Both the position numbers and the translations under genes were made by a program. DNA of 61,919 bases, counting the filler, from Hausera hauseri (lineage: Eukaryota): the NCBI GenBank assembly GCA_046269625.1. It is 12 parts of 12 records of this genome, joined end to end, with 100 filler letters (N's around TTAATTAATTAA, not from the genome) between each part and the next. Parts side by side here need not be neighbours in the genome. Positions count along the whole stretch, not along the records: positions 33,820 to 37,861 come from JBJURY010799533.1; positions 37,962 to 42,979 come from JBJURY010360374.1; positions 43,080 to 47,699 come from JBJURY010441468.1; 9 more parts are not named here. One strand, written 5' to 3'. Under the pieces are notes generated by a model. The model had not been told where the DNA came from and ran no database searches. It saw nothing but the letters and a program-made list of their open reading frames with translations. Position 1 is the first letter of the stretch. Each line of letters starts with the position of its first letter. Positions 34,561-46,946 of the stretch are shown here, one piece after another.

Positions 34561-35199
34561 ATAATTTCGAACTTCCAAAAAATTAAAATCATAAATATGG
34601 ATGCCTTAATAAGTACGATTTAATTTCCTACAATGATTGATTACATACATGAAATAAGAAATAAGAAAATATCCGTTCAAAACGTTGTAAATTCTTCATT
34701 TGGCATATATTAATACATCATTTTGCATCTGTTATTGTACAAAATTTTCCATTGGTAACAGAGCGCGGTTCTCTCTTCACTGTGATGGAGGAAACCGAAC
34801 CATAGACTCTGAGGTGCTGTCCTAAGGTGGAAAATTAGGGAAGTCCATATACGATAAGCTTGCGGAAGTTTGAATAAGTTTTATTCCTTCCAATTGCGAA
34901 GGAACAATAACAATTTTTCAGAGTTACCAAACTAAAGCGTAGAATTTCATCAAAATTTGCGTGAATATGAAAATATTGTTTCCGTTTAACAAGGAACCGA
35001 ACTTTACTGTCTGTGAGGAGGAATTTAAACGAATATCAATGTTTAAATTCAATTCAAAGTTAAATCAATAAACAGCCAATATAAATTCAGGAAATTCAAA
35101 AAAGGATGAAAAGAAGAATCATTTAATGAGTGAATGAGTTAATTGTTATACCAACTTTTATAATAAATTTCTAATGAATAATTCAGTCTTACAATCAGC

Positions 35200-36253
35200 G
35201 AATGACGTTGAGGTCAGAATGGTAGATACGCGATCTACTAACACCGTCGATTATACTTGCGTCGAAAAACTGACAAAGACTGTCAAACAGACTCGGCAAT
35301 AGACTCAACGTTGGTTCGGGAAACAGTTAGCATACAGCCTAAACAAAGCGATAAAAAGGCCGTTTCCAAGTCGTGCTTCCAACCATGCTTTAGGTGTAAA
35401 TAATGTGCGGCAAATAGATCTGATGGAAATGATTCCGTACGCCAGCATCAACGATGGGTATCGGTATGTACTGACATGTATTGATGTATTTAGTCGTTTT
35501 GCACGTTCAATTACCGTTAAATCTAAGTCCGGTAGAGATTGCCGACGCTGTTCACGGATTAATTGAACAACAACAACCATGGAAACATGTACAAACGGAT
35601 TTAGGTAAAGAATTTTACAACACCCGTGTCGCATTGGTTTTGAGGCGGTTCGGTGTAAACCACTACTCACTGTTTTCCCAATACAAGGCTGCACTCGTTG
35701 AACAAGTTAATCGAAGTTTACGGAGCTGACTGAACAAATTCTTTACCAAGCATAGCAACAAACGCTGGGTAGATGTACTACCGGATATTATCCATTTATA
35801 CAATCATTTGATACATCCTGGCATCAATGGATTACGGCCGGTGGATGTAATCGATGCTTTGGACATATGGCTTTACCAAAACCGAACATGACGACGACGA
35901 CGACGACCAATTAAACGTCCCAAGTATAAAATCGATGATTACGTACGTATTTCAAAGCTGAGAACGACACCATTCATGAAGAATTTCAATCAGAACTGGA
36001 GAGATGAGGTTTTCCGAATTTCAGCAATCAACGGAAAAGAAACACTGTTATGTACGTTTTAGAAGATGAAAATAGTGACGAAATACGTGGCAAATTTAAC
36101 GAACAGGAACTGCAAGTACTACCGGAAAATCCTGATGTGTATCGTATTCAGGAAATTCTACGTTCAAGCGACAAAGATTCTAATAAACATTATCTCGTCA
36201 AGTGGCACGGATACACTGCACCGAGTTGGATATTTGCACCGCAGATTGAATGA
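35200..36253 (+). pseudogene. Polinton rve integrase with chromodomain, copy 2
   Basis: QIDLMEM, CIDVFSRF, QTDLGKEFYN, KRWVDVLPDII, YLVKWHGY..PSWI. Confidence 0.92.
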
Positions 36254-36587
36254 TGAGCATTTATTTGGTACTTGATAGTAACAGATCATTATCACAAGAT
36301 TATCAGAACATGACAACAACAGCAATATCGTTGAACAATTTACTATGGCGTTGGACCAGCCGCTCGATTTACGCCAGGAAGCCTAGGAAGTGGCTTTGGT
36401 GGAATCGGACACGTACAAAACACCGGGCAAAATTGATCACGTAAATATCATTCGGCCCATGTATTTATCGTTGTCTCACAATGTTGTGTACAGTATTTCC
36501 GTGTATATAGCAGACGAATTTTGGAAACCCATTAAAATTCTGTTTAGAGCCAAGACACATTTGATGCTACATTTTCGTCGTCGATAA
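36250..36587 (+). pseudogene. Short penton-like (single jelly-roll) minor capsid paralog 1
   Basis: IYLVLDSN...F...LDQPLDL....EVALVE...RPMYLSL....YSISVYIADEF.KPI...THLMLHFRRR. Confidence 0.7.
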
Positions 36588-36635
36588 TAAACAAACTGCG
36601 TCAACACTATCAACATCATCATCATCATCGGGATC

Positions 36636-37660
36636 ATAAGTATTTACATGGTGTTGCCGAGCAACAGTTGTCCGACGACTCATCCGTACAATTCAGCCAG
36701 TGAATACGTTGTAGACTGGAACAATCCTTTAGATTTATCTGGAAAAAAGGAGGTTGCACTGACAGAATTTAACTTTCCCTAGGCACCGGGGACATTGAAA
36801 GGTAGTATGAAAAGAACGTGCAACAAGACTGTTACTGAAACCAAAACACATTCGTGTACTCTGACACTTACTAACAATAAAAGAACAGTTGGAGAATCTC
36901 ATATTTGCACGACCAGTAAAAATTACGATTCATACGGCGAGATCGGTGTTTTTATTTTAGGGGGAACTTACATTTCGTGTCAAATTTTGAATTTACTTTC
37001 ACCTTTGAATGCTCTGATATGGATTGAACAATATAGAGTACAAAGGTAAAGATATTAAAAGTAAATATGCAGTTGCTCGAAGATTAAGTCCCGTACATTA
37101 CCAGACAACGGTGAAATTTACCAATACAGTACAAAGAGTGTCAACATCATACGTATCGATTGGAGACTATATCTATTGTGAATCTGTAGCACATCTCTGA
37201 CAACACTTTTCAAATCAAAAGTACAAGATATTTAAAGTTTCAATGTCGACTGGCTAAGCATATTGTCAACATTTCATTGGACAAAACTTTGTCCATGGTA
37301 TTCAGTTTTGAAAAATATCGGTTTGAGGCGAATACGAAGACGGTACATGTTGCAATACTTAAACCCAAACTGAAAACTGCATAAAGTCAAATGTACATTC
37401 AGGTAAACGTCACCGAACCCATTTTGGTGGATGAAGTACGTGTACCGCTACTCCGTGCAATTTATCCGGAAAGCAGCAAGTATACTGCTGGCGACAATGT
37501 CACTGTCAAGATCGACAATCCAATGGACCTACCTGTCGCAACTACATCTATAAACAATGTTGAGGTTAATATCAGATGTGACGCGGTCTACTTTATTGAA
37601 TTTCCGTACGGTACCACAACCAGTCTAACTCTTCATTTACGTCGAAACCAACATAATTGA
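36636..37660 (+). pseudogene. Penton-like minor capsid paralog 2 with central insertion
   Basis: IYMVLPSNS.P..HP.NSASEY.V....PLDLSG..EVALTEF; C-terminal VPLLRAI...NPM.LPV...INNVEVNIR...SLTLHLRR. Confidence 0.85.
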
Positions 37661-37861
37661 TTCTGAAATCGTTTCCATTTACAGTAAACCCCAGCATAGC
37701 CGTGAACTGCCGTCTTTCGCTGGTAAAGAGTATGGCTCTGGATGGTTGCGTACATTGACACGTTTAGCATTTCCGGTGTTGAAGCGTATTGGAGCTGTGG
37801 CAGCAAAAACAGCACAGGACGTACTATATGAAAACAAATCGATTTTACCATCATTGAAGGA
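37653..37861 (+). pseudogene. Polinton amphipathic core protein, N-terminal part
   Basis: EYGSGWLRTLTRLAFPVLKRIGAVAAKTAQDVL; not in ORF track. Confidence 0.75.
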
Positions 37862-38939
37862 NNNNNNNNNNNNNNNNNNNNNNNNNNNNNNNNNNNNNNN
37901 NNNNNTTAATTAATTAANNNNNNNNNNNNNNNNNNNNNNNNNNNNNNNNNNNNNNNNNNNNGACGTAACTGATAAATAGACGAATACATTGTACTTTGAC
38001 ATAACGTGAATGACAAACTGGTGATCCGACTTGACTAAAATATTGCTTGGTAAACGAACCATATATTTGTGTGTTATGGGGAAAATTGAAGAATTGCAGA
38101 TTGATGTAACATTTTGAATGTCATGGTGCATACATCTTTTTCATATTATTAATCATCATAAAATTTTGTACTTGTAGAATCTGTTAAACTTTGACTAGCA
38201 GTAGGTACTATTACTTAATATTACAAGATGTGTTTCAATATCAAATACGATTGGGCGGTGCAATTCCTGTAAAAATAGCCACATGAGTTGTCGTTGTTCA
38301 CATATAATTGTTGTCCTTGTTATGATAATAGGTAGAAGTTTCAGCTCGTTACGACGTTCAAAAATTCTTTCCAAATCGGTTTTCTATATAATTTCCTCAC
38401 CTATCGTGCTATAAAGAACATTTCACTAAAAATTTTGGGTGACCCACCCATGGTGGGAAAAGCGTTTCGTTTGTTGGACATCAGCCCGACTCACAAATCG
38501 GTATAGCTCGACGAGACGAGCAAAAGTTTATAGCGCCGGTAAGTCCTCTAATGTACGGGTGAGTAGCTAGAAAACGAAAAAGAAAAACAGGAAATGCATC
38601 ACCAGAAATGCCGCACACATTTACGGCGCACTAATACAATGGGCATACGTCAAATCGATGTCGGCGAGTCGAACGAACACACTTTCAACGTTGTTTGAAC
38701 ATGGGAACATGGGGAAAAATCAATGGGCAAAATTCAAACTCTAAAAATTTCCCATTGCTCAAGTCCAACGGCGACGGAAATTCAATAAGCACATAGCCCG
38801 TTACGAGAGGCACATTTCATATTATAAGCGCCTCACAATTAGACGATTGCTAGTTGGTGAAAAATAACGCGAAAAGGCGTTGTTAAAATCTAAAGTTTTA
38901 TTTTGTGTTTGTTGTGTCGTGTCGTGTCGTACAATAATG

Positions 38940-39979
38940 GAAATGGAAATTTTCAAAATCATCAGCAACAAATCCATCAATGTGACATTGTTGATGTTTT
39001 TGTTGAGCAAACCCATGCTGCGCACAATGGATTAGACTCAAAGTCATGTTTGTACGTCTCAAAGAAATCCGCATTCCGACCCAAACTGATGTAATTTACA
39101 TTGCTGTGAGTAAACGTTTCCAAATCGGTCGTATAACTGCTCGTTTGTTGAACAGTCGTTTGAAATATAACAAGCACAAATTTCGACAATCGCCTGTCGC
39201 CAAACAGTGCGTCATTGTAAAACGTTGTTGAACTTTTTGGAATGGTGCAAAAGACGAATTCTGTGCCTTGTATGGGGTAACATTCATTTTGTGTTTCCAG
39301 GCTCAATCAATGTCCCATGAGCACAGATGGTTTTACCTTTACACGACGTACGTATAATAGTGCTCGGTAATTTTCAGTATGCGTTTGAGACTTGCAACGG
39401 CAGTTTTCAAACAAAAGATACTGTCGCTGCGTTTTGGCCGAATCATGGCCTTAACACCAGCAGTAGGTATTTCGGCTGATCGAAAAAGTCAAAATACAGC
39501 GACCCACACATTGTAAGTGCTTTTGATTCTGCCACTCATGCCTGACGGTTTGATGCAGTGGCGTCATATCCGATGGTTTACGTCAAATGAGTGGTTTTCG
39601 TGTCTGAACTGTAATTCAGAGCCGTTTCAATGAGTACTTTGATACTGTATAGACTGGTCCTGCCTTCGATTTTGACGCTGTTTAGAGTCAGTGAAGCCTC
39701 CTGGAACAGTGTGAGGAAAAGGTAATTGGTTGGTGTGACAGTGTCTGTTGCAGCGAAAACCGTTGATGCATCCATTTTAACAATGACTTTTACATATAGT
39801 AACGTATCGTTCAAATCCAGGTATTCATTGTCCGATGCCATAATGTTAAATTGAATGTCAATGTTATCATCCGTTGAAACCGAATCAACGAGGTAGATTT
39901 CTGCAAATGCCGCATTGTCAATAACAACTTGTGGCGCGCCTTTGTCAAATATACACAATTCAGATTTCGCAGATGCCAT
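38940..39979 (-). pseudogene. Polinton major capsid protein (double jelly-roll), frameshifted and truncated
   Basis: AKSELCIF...PQVVI...EIY...IQFNI..SDNEYLDLNDTLLYVKV...NYLFLTLF...IETALNYS; DALFGDRRLSKFVLV..F.HSNV. Confidence 0.9.
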
Positions 39980-39980
39980 A

Positions 39981-40352
39981 TCAATCGAAAATCGTACGAT
40001 GACGTTTGTTTATAGTTGACAAGCTAGCTAATCTACCACCACGTTTTTGTTTTCTCATCATCTTCAGGCCACTGCCAGCGAATTGTTTTTTGATCGATTC
40101 AACGACTCCCGGTGCAGCGCTTTTTATTTTCGACAAGGCGTGTCCCTACAGTGATGGTAAAATCGATTTGTTTTCATATAGTGCGTCCTGTGCCATTTTT
40201 GCTGCCACGGCACCGATGCGCTTCAACACCGGAAATGCTAAACGTGGCAATGTACGCAACCACCCAAACCCATATTGTTTACCAACGAAATACGACAGTT
40301 CTACGCCCTTCTGGGATTTACTGTAAATGGAAACGATTTCAGAATCAATTAT
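39981..40352 (-). pseudogene. Polinton amphipathic core protein (full length, one stop)
   Basis: QYGFGWLRTLPRLAFPVLKRIGAVAAK.AQD.L...FAGSGLK..RKQKRGG...TIFD*; abuts the MCP start. Confidence 0.8.
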
Positions 40353-40738
40353 ATTGTTGTTGTTGTTGGATTTGACGGAAATGAAGAGTTAGACTGATTG
40401 TGGTACAGTACGGAAATTCAATAAGGTAGCCCGCGTCATATCGGATATTCTCTTCAACACTGTTTATAGATGTAGATGCCACAGGTAGGTACATTGGATT
40501 ATTGAGCTTGACAGTGACATTGTCACCTGCAGTATACTTGCTGCTTTCCGGATAAATTGCTCGCAGTAGCGGTACACGTACTCCACCAACCAAAATTGGT
40601 TTGGTGACGTACACGTAAATGTACATTTGATTTAGCCCCTTTTCAGTTTGGGTTTGAGTGTTGCAACATTTGCCACCTCCGCCGCTGTCTTTGTATATGA
40701 TGTCTCTAACCGCTGTTTTTTAAAACCAAATACCATAG
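40345..40738 (-). pseudogene. Penton-like minor capsid C-terminal part, interrupted by a Gypsy LTR
   Basis: Close match to 37293-37660; homology stops exactly at the LTR end (40739). Confidence 0.88.
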
Positions 40739-41173
40739 TGTGGTGCCGCCGTTGCGGGCGCCGCCACCACTGACGACAAGAGTTATTTGTAGCCTGATTA
40801 CGTAATCTAGAAAGTTTTTTTCATTTAGCCCCATCATACATTTATACTCTTGCACTAGCTCAATTTTTCAGTTGCTTATTCATCTACGGGTATAAACTAG
40901 TGCGTAATACTCGAAATAGGTTCAGCTTAAGTTTTCAGTTCAATGACAAAAAAATTAATTAATCAATTTCACTTAACAATATGAAATATTTTACTTGCTT
41001 TAAACTATTTGTCGAATTGCAAAAGTTTATGACAAATTTAACCGTTGCAGTTTCTAATTGTGCTCGGGTGACATCATTCCGTAATTTCACATTTAACAAA
41101 AAAAATAAAAAATAGTTTCAGTAATTTCAGACTTGTCGTCAGTGGTGGCGGCGCCCGCAACGGCGGAACCACA
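40739..41173 (-). repeat. 3' LTR (435 bp, TGTGG...CCACA) with 42-bp terminal inverted repeats
   Basis: Preceded on the minus strand by PPT GGGGGGGG-TAA (41184-41174); 40739-40780 vs 41132-41173 differ at one base. Confidence 0.82.
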
Positions 41174-42979
41174 TTACCCCCCCCGGTGGCAAAAAATGGC
41201 ACTATAGTAGACAGCGAGAATATGAACAGTAAATCGCAAAAGGAAATAGGTTTTCTGTTCTAATCGATTTTTATGTGTACTAGGCGTTGTACTTTGTCGA
41301 GATATTGCTCTCTACTGTACTTACTGAAAATAACTGCGTGTTCTGTTTTTCTGTGGTGTGTTTATTTGCTGAGATGTACGTAGGGGTGAAAGTTTTGTCG
41401 TATTTTGGGTTAATCGTTTGGTATTATTTTGGTTGGGGGAAGTGAGATTTGTGACAAACGATTAATTGAGGAAGAAATGGATGAAGAAGGTAATTAGTGT
41501 GAAATGGAAAATGACGAGTGAGGAGTATAAAATGGAGAATGTGAAGTAGAGTTGCAGATGAGAGAAGGGGAGTAGGAATTGGGACGAGAGAAGCAGAAAG
41601 TGATGAATGTGAAGTGGTGGATGGAACGTTAGCTGTGGAAGATGAGATGTGAGAGGTAACAGGTAAAGAAGTGGAAGTAGGGGTGGAAACATTAGAAAGA
41701 AAAGTGGGAATTGGGCCAGGAGGTAGTTGATGATTTGTTGATTTAGCAGGGAACGGAGTAGAAAAAAAAGAATCGAGAAAAGTGCCAGTGGAATTGGGGT
41801 TGTTTTATGTATCCTTAGGAGAGTCATCTACGAAAAAGGCAGGTTTTAGATAGGTGATGTGAACAGTTTGTTCTTCACCGCTTTTGAGAATTGTAGCTGT
41901 GTGAGACGATAAAGAAAGAAGTTTGAATAGCCCAACGTATTGTGGTTAAAAACTACCAGGTGAAGGATTTCGAAGCCAGACAAACTTGGCGGTATACAAA
42001 TCATTTGGTATATTTGATATGTTAATATTTACTATTTTGCAAAATAAGTCTTTGTTTAGTGTTACGAAGTGATCTTGGGTATTTCGTATCATTTCGTCTG
42101 CTGGTGTATCGTCCAGATCCCTTAACTCAAAAAGTGCTCGAATTGGTGTTCCAAACAATGCTTCAGCTGGTGCACAACCTGTGGTGGTGGATGGTGTGTT
42201 TCGCCAGCCAAGCAAGACAAGAGGTAGAAGAGCTGTCCAATTGCTGTGTGATTCAGGTAGGATTTTAAGTGAGATTTTCATTGTGCGGTGGAATCTTTTT
42301 AGTAAACCGTTCGCTTGGGGATGATATAGAGAGGTGTTTATGTGTTTAATTCCCAAACGATTGACTAAGGACTTAAAGAAATTTGACTCGAATTGTGTAC
42401 CTTGGTCCGTGATTATAAAGCGAGGGCAGACAAATCTGCTGATCCACGTTTTGATAAAGACCTCAGCGATAGTATCTGTGTTGGTGGAACGTAATGGAAC
42501 GGCTTCTGGCCATCAAAAAGAAGGGTTCATCATGGTGAGTATGAATTGATGACCGTTGTCTGGACGAAGAGGGCCGACTAGGTCTATATGAACGGATTTA
42601 AAACGCGACGTACAGGGGTAGTTATATAATGGTGGCTTTAGATGCTTGTGAGTTTTGAATTTTTGACATGTCGCGCATTCCTTAATCCAAGCCTGTACGT
42701 CTGATAAGCCTGTACGTCTGGCATCCGGATAACGAAGAGAATGTACGTTATGAAGTGCAGTTTTCTGCAAAGTTGGAGGCAAAATTGGTTTGTGATTACC
42801 GGGTTTAGAGGTGTCAGAGGCTATTCCGTCGATGATTTGGAGCCATTTAAAAGACTTAAGAATTTCCTGTACTGGTACATTTTGCTGAAACACTGCTTTT
42901 GAGAAAATGGGAGTGACTCCAATGATATTAACTGATCTCGACAAAAAATCGGCAACCAAATTGTCAGTGCCTGAAATAT
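40739..42979 (-). mobile_element. 3' half of a Ty3/Gypsy element (integrase, 3' UTR, PPT, LTR), same family as contigs E and F
   Basis: VADFLSR, CATCQKFK.HKHLKPPLY, HIDLVGPL, TDQGTQFES, YHPQANGLLKRFHR, PTVHIT..KPAF. Confidence 0.93.
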
Positions 42980-44560
42980 NNNNNNNNNNNNNNNNNNNNN
43001 NNNNNNNNNNNNNNNNNNNNNNNTTAATTAATTAANNNNNNNNNNNNNNNNNNNNNNNNNNNNNNNNNNNNNNNNNNNNGCCCGAAGAGATACTCCGGCG
43101 TGCTGAGGAGAATTGGAGGGCACGGGAACCTTATCTACGACATATGAAGCAGTTTGTTGGTGACAAGGACATGATATTCAGTCAGATTTTTCGCATATGG
43201 CAGAAATTGGCGGATACCTATGCACTGTATACCAACAGTCCACGCCAAATGCAGTTTGTGGATTATTTTGTCCAAAGCTACCAGATGATGGTGGAATACG
43301 TTCCCATGTGGCAATTGGCGGATCAGATTTGCTTTTAGCAACATTTCAATGTAACTAATTCCGATGGTCTCGTTCATTCTCCTACGGAAATGGTTAACCC
43401 ATATGGTATGTGTACTACTAACATTCATTAAAAACGATTTAATTGTTGTTGTACGAAACAATGGAATATAAATGTTCGATTCAGACATGACTTTGCAGCA
43501 TACCTGGTTATTATAGCCAGACAGGTGTGGTTCGACCAAATACTAGGTTACAGAAAAATTAAAATGATCCTTATAGTCAGATAGGTAGGGAAATGTGATT
43601 GTCCAAAACTGGGTTAAAAAATTTTTTTCAAATGTTTGTTATAATCAGATAGATGGGAAAATGCAGGTGTCCGAAACTGGATCATTCCCATTTTTTTCCG
43701 ATTCAAAGCATTGCGGTGAGTCCGAATCATGAGAAATAATATGACCTTTTCATTAATGTGAGCTTCACAATATTTCTGTTCCACATTTAGTAGTAGTACA
43801 CATTATTAGTTTGTAGGCAGACGGTCTCAGGTGTCACTACCAACACCTCCTTGTGATTAGTAGTAATACTCAATTATGAGCTCATGGTAATTTGTGCGTT
43901 CGGTTTTAAGCGTGGTCGTCGTCGTCTTCGTCATCGTACAAAATAAAATTCACAATTTTTACAAAAAACGAACGCATTTACAACGATAATTATTTTGACT
44001 TTTTATCAGTGCGTTTTTCCATTTTATTTTTCACCCAAATCCGTTAATCTGATCGTGAGGCAGTTATAATGTGAAAATTTTCCCAACTTATGGGCAATGT
44101 ATGAAACTCATTTCCATCACCGGCAAACTTGAACATTTGAAAATTTTACCCGACGGAAATTTTTCCAACCGGTTTTCCCCATGTTCCCTAGGTCGGACGA
44201 CGACGAAACCGTGTCCATTCGACTTGCCAGCATCAATTTTACCTCTGTACAAAATGTCGGTATACCAGCAACATGTGTTGCATTGCCAGTTGCACATTGC
44301 CCGTTTTTCTTCTTCCGCCTTCTCTGTCGCCGGGTTACATTTTTCCGCTTCGCGGCGCCATTAACTTTTGTTTTTCTTTTCCGGCTGGACCAATTGGTCT
44401 TGGTTCAAAGTCCATTGGCCGCCCTTCTTCTTACACTGAGGGGAGTCTCCGACCATCAGATATCTAATGCTCAGAATTGCGAGATAAAAGGGGAAAAACT
44501 GGTTTTTAGCTCGATCTGAGCACTTTTGGGAGCTGGTTATGAGATGGACACTTCTACCTA

Positions 44561-45880
44561 CTATTGTTGTATGGGAATGTTGAGAATATTATAACATCCC
44601 TGTATCGGATGTAATATTGCTTCAAAGTCACAATAAATGACTATTGGTCCTCGGAGCATTATTTCATACTCTTTAAACATTATGTAATTCTTCTTTGGAA
44701 AATAAACTCCTAAGCACTCCTTTTCATTGCAGTACAGTTTATGTACTTTTATTTTCATTTGATCTGTATCATCGTGGAAATGTGTCAAGCAACTTTTACA
44801 CACTTTAATATTTCGATGGTGATTGCATACTTGTTTTGAGACCAGTCGTGAAAGGCTTTTGATCCATAATGCAAGTCCCTATGATCTGGTTTTTCACTTT
44901 CGCATACTTTGAGTGGATAAATTTTCAGCGAATTATCGGTGACAAATATATTGATTGAAATTGAATTGATTTTCTCAAATTTCTCAATATGATGAAGTAA
45001 TGGTGGAAAGCTGATAGATGAGAAATCGTAACCATGCTGAAGATCTCTGTATAATTCCGCCCTTTGAGCATTCCGATTTATAAATTTTGATAAAATTGCA
45101 TATTTGAAACAAAATTGATCACTATTCTTAAAATTAATGCATGCCTTTTTATTTTCAATCCAGTCAAGTAGCTTAATTTAAGAACTTCCTTACCATTGAG
45201 AATATTTATCTATCCGAATGATTAAATTTTAAGGACTGAAAGTGTCCAAGCGCTGTTTTTTCTGACTTTCTTCTGTTTCATGTATAAAGTGTCTGAACTC
45301 TTTATCCAAAAATGCAGTAATATTATTTTGTTCCAAAACTGGTTAACTTTTTGTTTTTTAAATGCCCTTTTTGCTTCCTAACCATCCATGTCTGTATATA
45401 TGGCGTCTAATATTAAATGAACTTTTATAAAATTCCACTACCTCAGATTGTCTTCCAATATTCCTATTGATTCATTTAAAATGGAATCCAGGAAATCCTG
45501 CAGTATTATTTTATCCTGTTGCAGGTAGTACAAATTTTCGCATCCTGCTTTTAAAAGCAGCGCCATCCGGATGTCTGTGCCTTCTTTGTTTAACTGCTCC
45601 TGTCAAAGTGACACTAGTTCGCTTTCGGCCTCTTCCTGTTTGTACTGCTGAACTGGTTGATAGTCCATTGTCACTGTTCCGTCTGAATAAATTCCTTGTC
45701 ATCTGCAATGCATCTTTTGGTTCATAAAAATCGCCTTTTTCTTGTTTTTGTAGAAAGCCAATGCTGCTTGAAAAATCTGAATAAGAAACTTCTGAGACAG
45801 TTTCACATAATAATTAGATCCACAAAATGTAATCCCATAATATTTTTCCATTGTCCTGTGTCAATTTCCTTCATTATGCA
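44561..45880 (-). pseudogene. Second, divergent Polinton pPolB N-terminal half (up to ExoI)
   Basis: KKACINFKNSDQFCFKYAIL; FEKINSISINIF; WIKSLSRLV; CKSCLTHF...H..YC; PIVIYCDFEAIL; no obvious nucleotide similarity to the contig D pPolB. Confidence 0.88.
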
Positions 45881-46718
45881 CTTTGGAAGTGCAGTATTTG
45901 TAAAGTTGACATTTCTAAAAAATTCGTTTAAAAATCACAATTGTGCAAAACTAAATTTACATTTGACATTGTTAAGTTTGTAAGGCAAATTCGGATTGAT
46001 ATGAAGTTATATATAGGCAGTGTTTAGTATGTCCATTTATCATTCTCATTAACCAATGTAATTATGTAATTGTATTCCACAAGTACATACCTATAAATGG
46101 TTATGCAATATGGTTATGAAACATTATTACATACATACATATATGAAAATAATCTGATTACAAACAAATTTATTATTACATAAAACAAAAATTAATAAAG
46201 CATACGTTAAATTAAATTTTTGTAATTACATAAAGTTTAGCATACATAGAGACAAAAGGGTATATATGTCGATGTTTTCAATATTTATCTCTTTTCAGAA
46301 ACAATATATTCAGGATGAACACTACACAGGACATGCTAATACAAGTCGCAATGGATTGCGAACGAAGAAGGGATAATCAGCAACCTGATCATCAACATTC
46401 AAGTAACAGAATAGATATGGATCAATAGATCAATACGCAATGGTGCAGGAAGTTCATAAGGATCAAATTGAAGAACTTAGAGATGAACTGTTCGTGATAC
46501 AGTCAGATGATGATTTCCCGTTTGATACGAGTTCTACAGAAAGCAGTTAGAAAGGAAGAAGCTGGAAGAAGACGATCAAAAATTCAAGAAAATTGACGAA
46601 GAAATAAAGAAGATTCAAACCCAATAAAGAAGCCTATTTAACAAAACGTCGTCGTGGTAAATTGTAGGAAGCGGTAAAAGACTCTATCTGCACGAAGGAG
46701 CGTAATCAAATTACAGAT

Positions 46719-46946
46719 ATGAAATATGAGAAATGGAATATGGATGCCGAGAAGCGAGAGAAGCGCGTGATTTTGAAATTTAAGCATATCGAAGCTGAAA
46801 ATTTCAAAATAAACGATCCCAAGTTTGTTATTCCTCACATTAAGAAAAGATTCGAAGTTCATGTGAAGGAAAAACAAACGAAAGAATCAGAAGACATCCC
46901 CACTCTGAAAGAGAAGCTGGCTGAAAATCAAAGTCATATAGCTTAG
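46719..46946 (+). pseudogene. Hypothetical charged protein fragment divergent from pPolB (probably a Polinton accessory gene)
   Basis: Lys/Glu-rich ORF within coding-like decayed sequence 46310-46950. Confidence 0.3.

Larger units (their letters stand above)
35200..37861 (+). mobile_element. Decayed Polinton/Maverick fragment, contig H (second copy of the contig A family)
   Basis: Nucleotide-level similarity to 4400-5513 and to the reverse complement of 40150-40738. Confidence 0.93.

Noticed and set aside
40736-41176. TA-flanked MITE with long TIRs
   Set aside because: Position directly after a PPT and Gypsy integrase, with TG...CA ends, fits a 3' LTR better.
41462-41827. 121-aa hydrophobic ORF as a Gypsy env or membrane protein
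   Set aside because: Low-complexity translation of a pyrimidine-rich 3' region; no env motifs.
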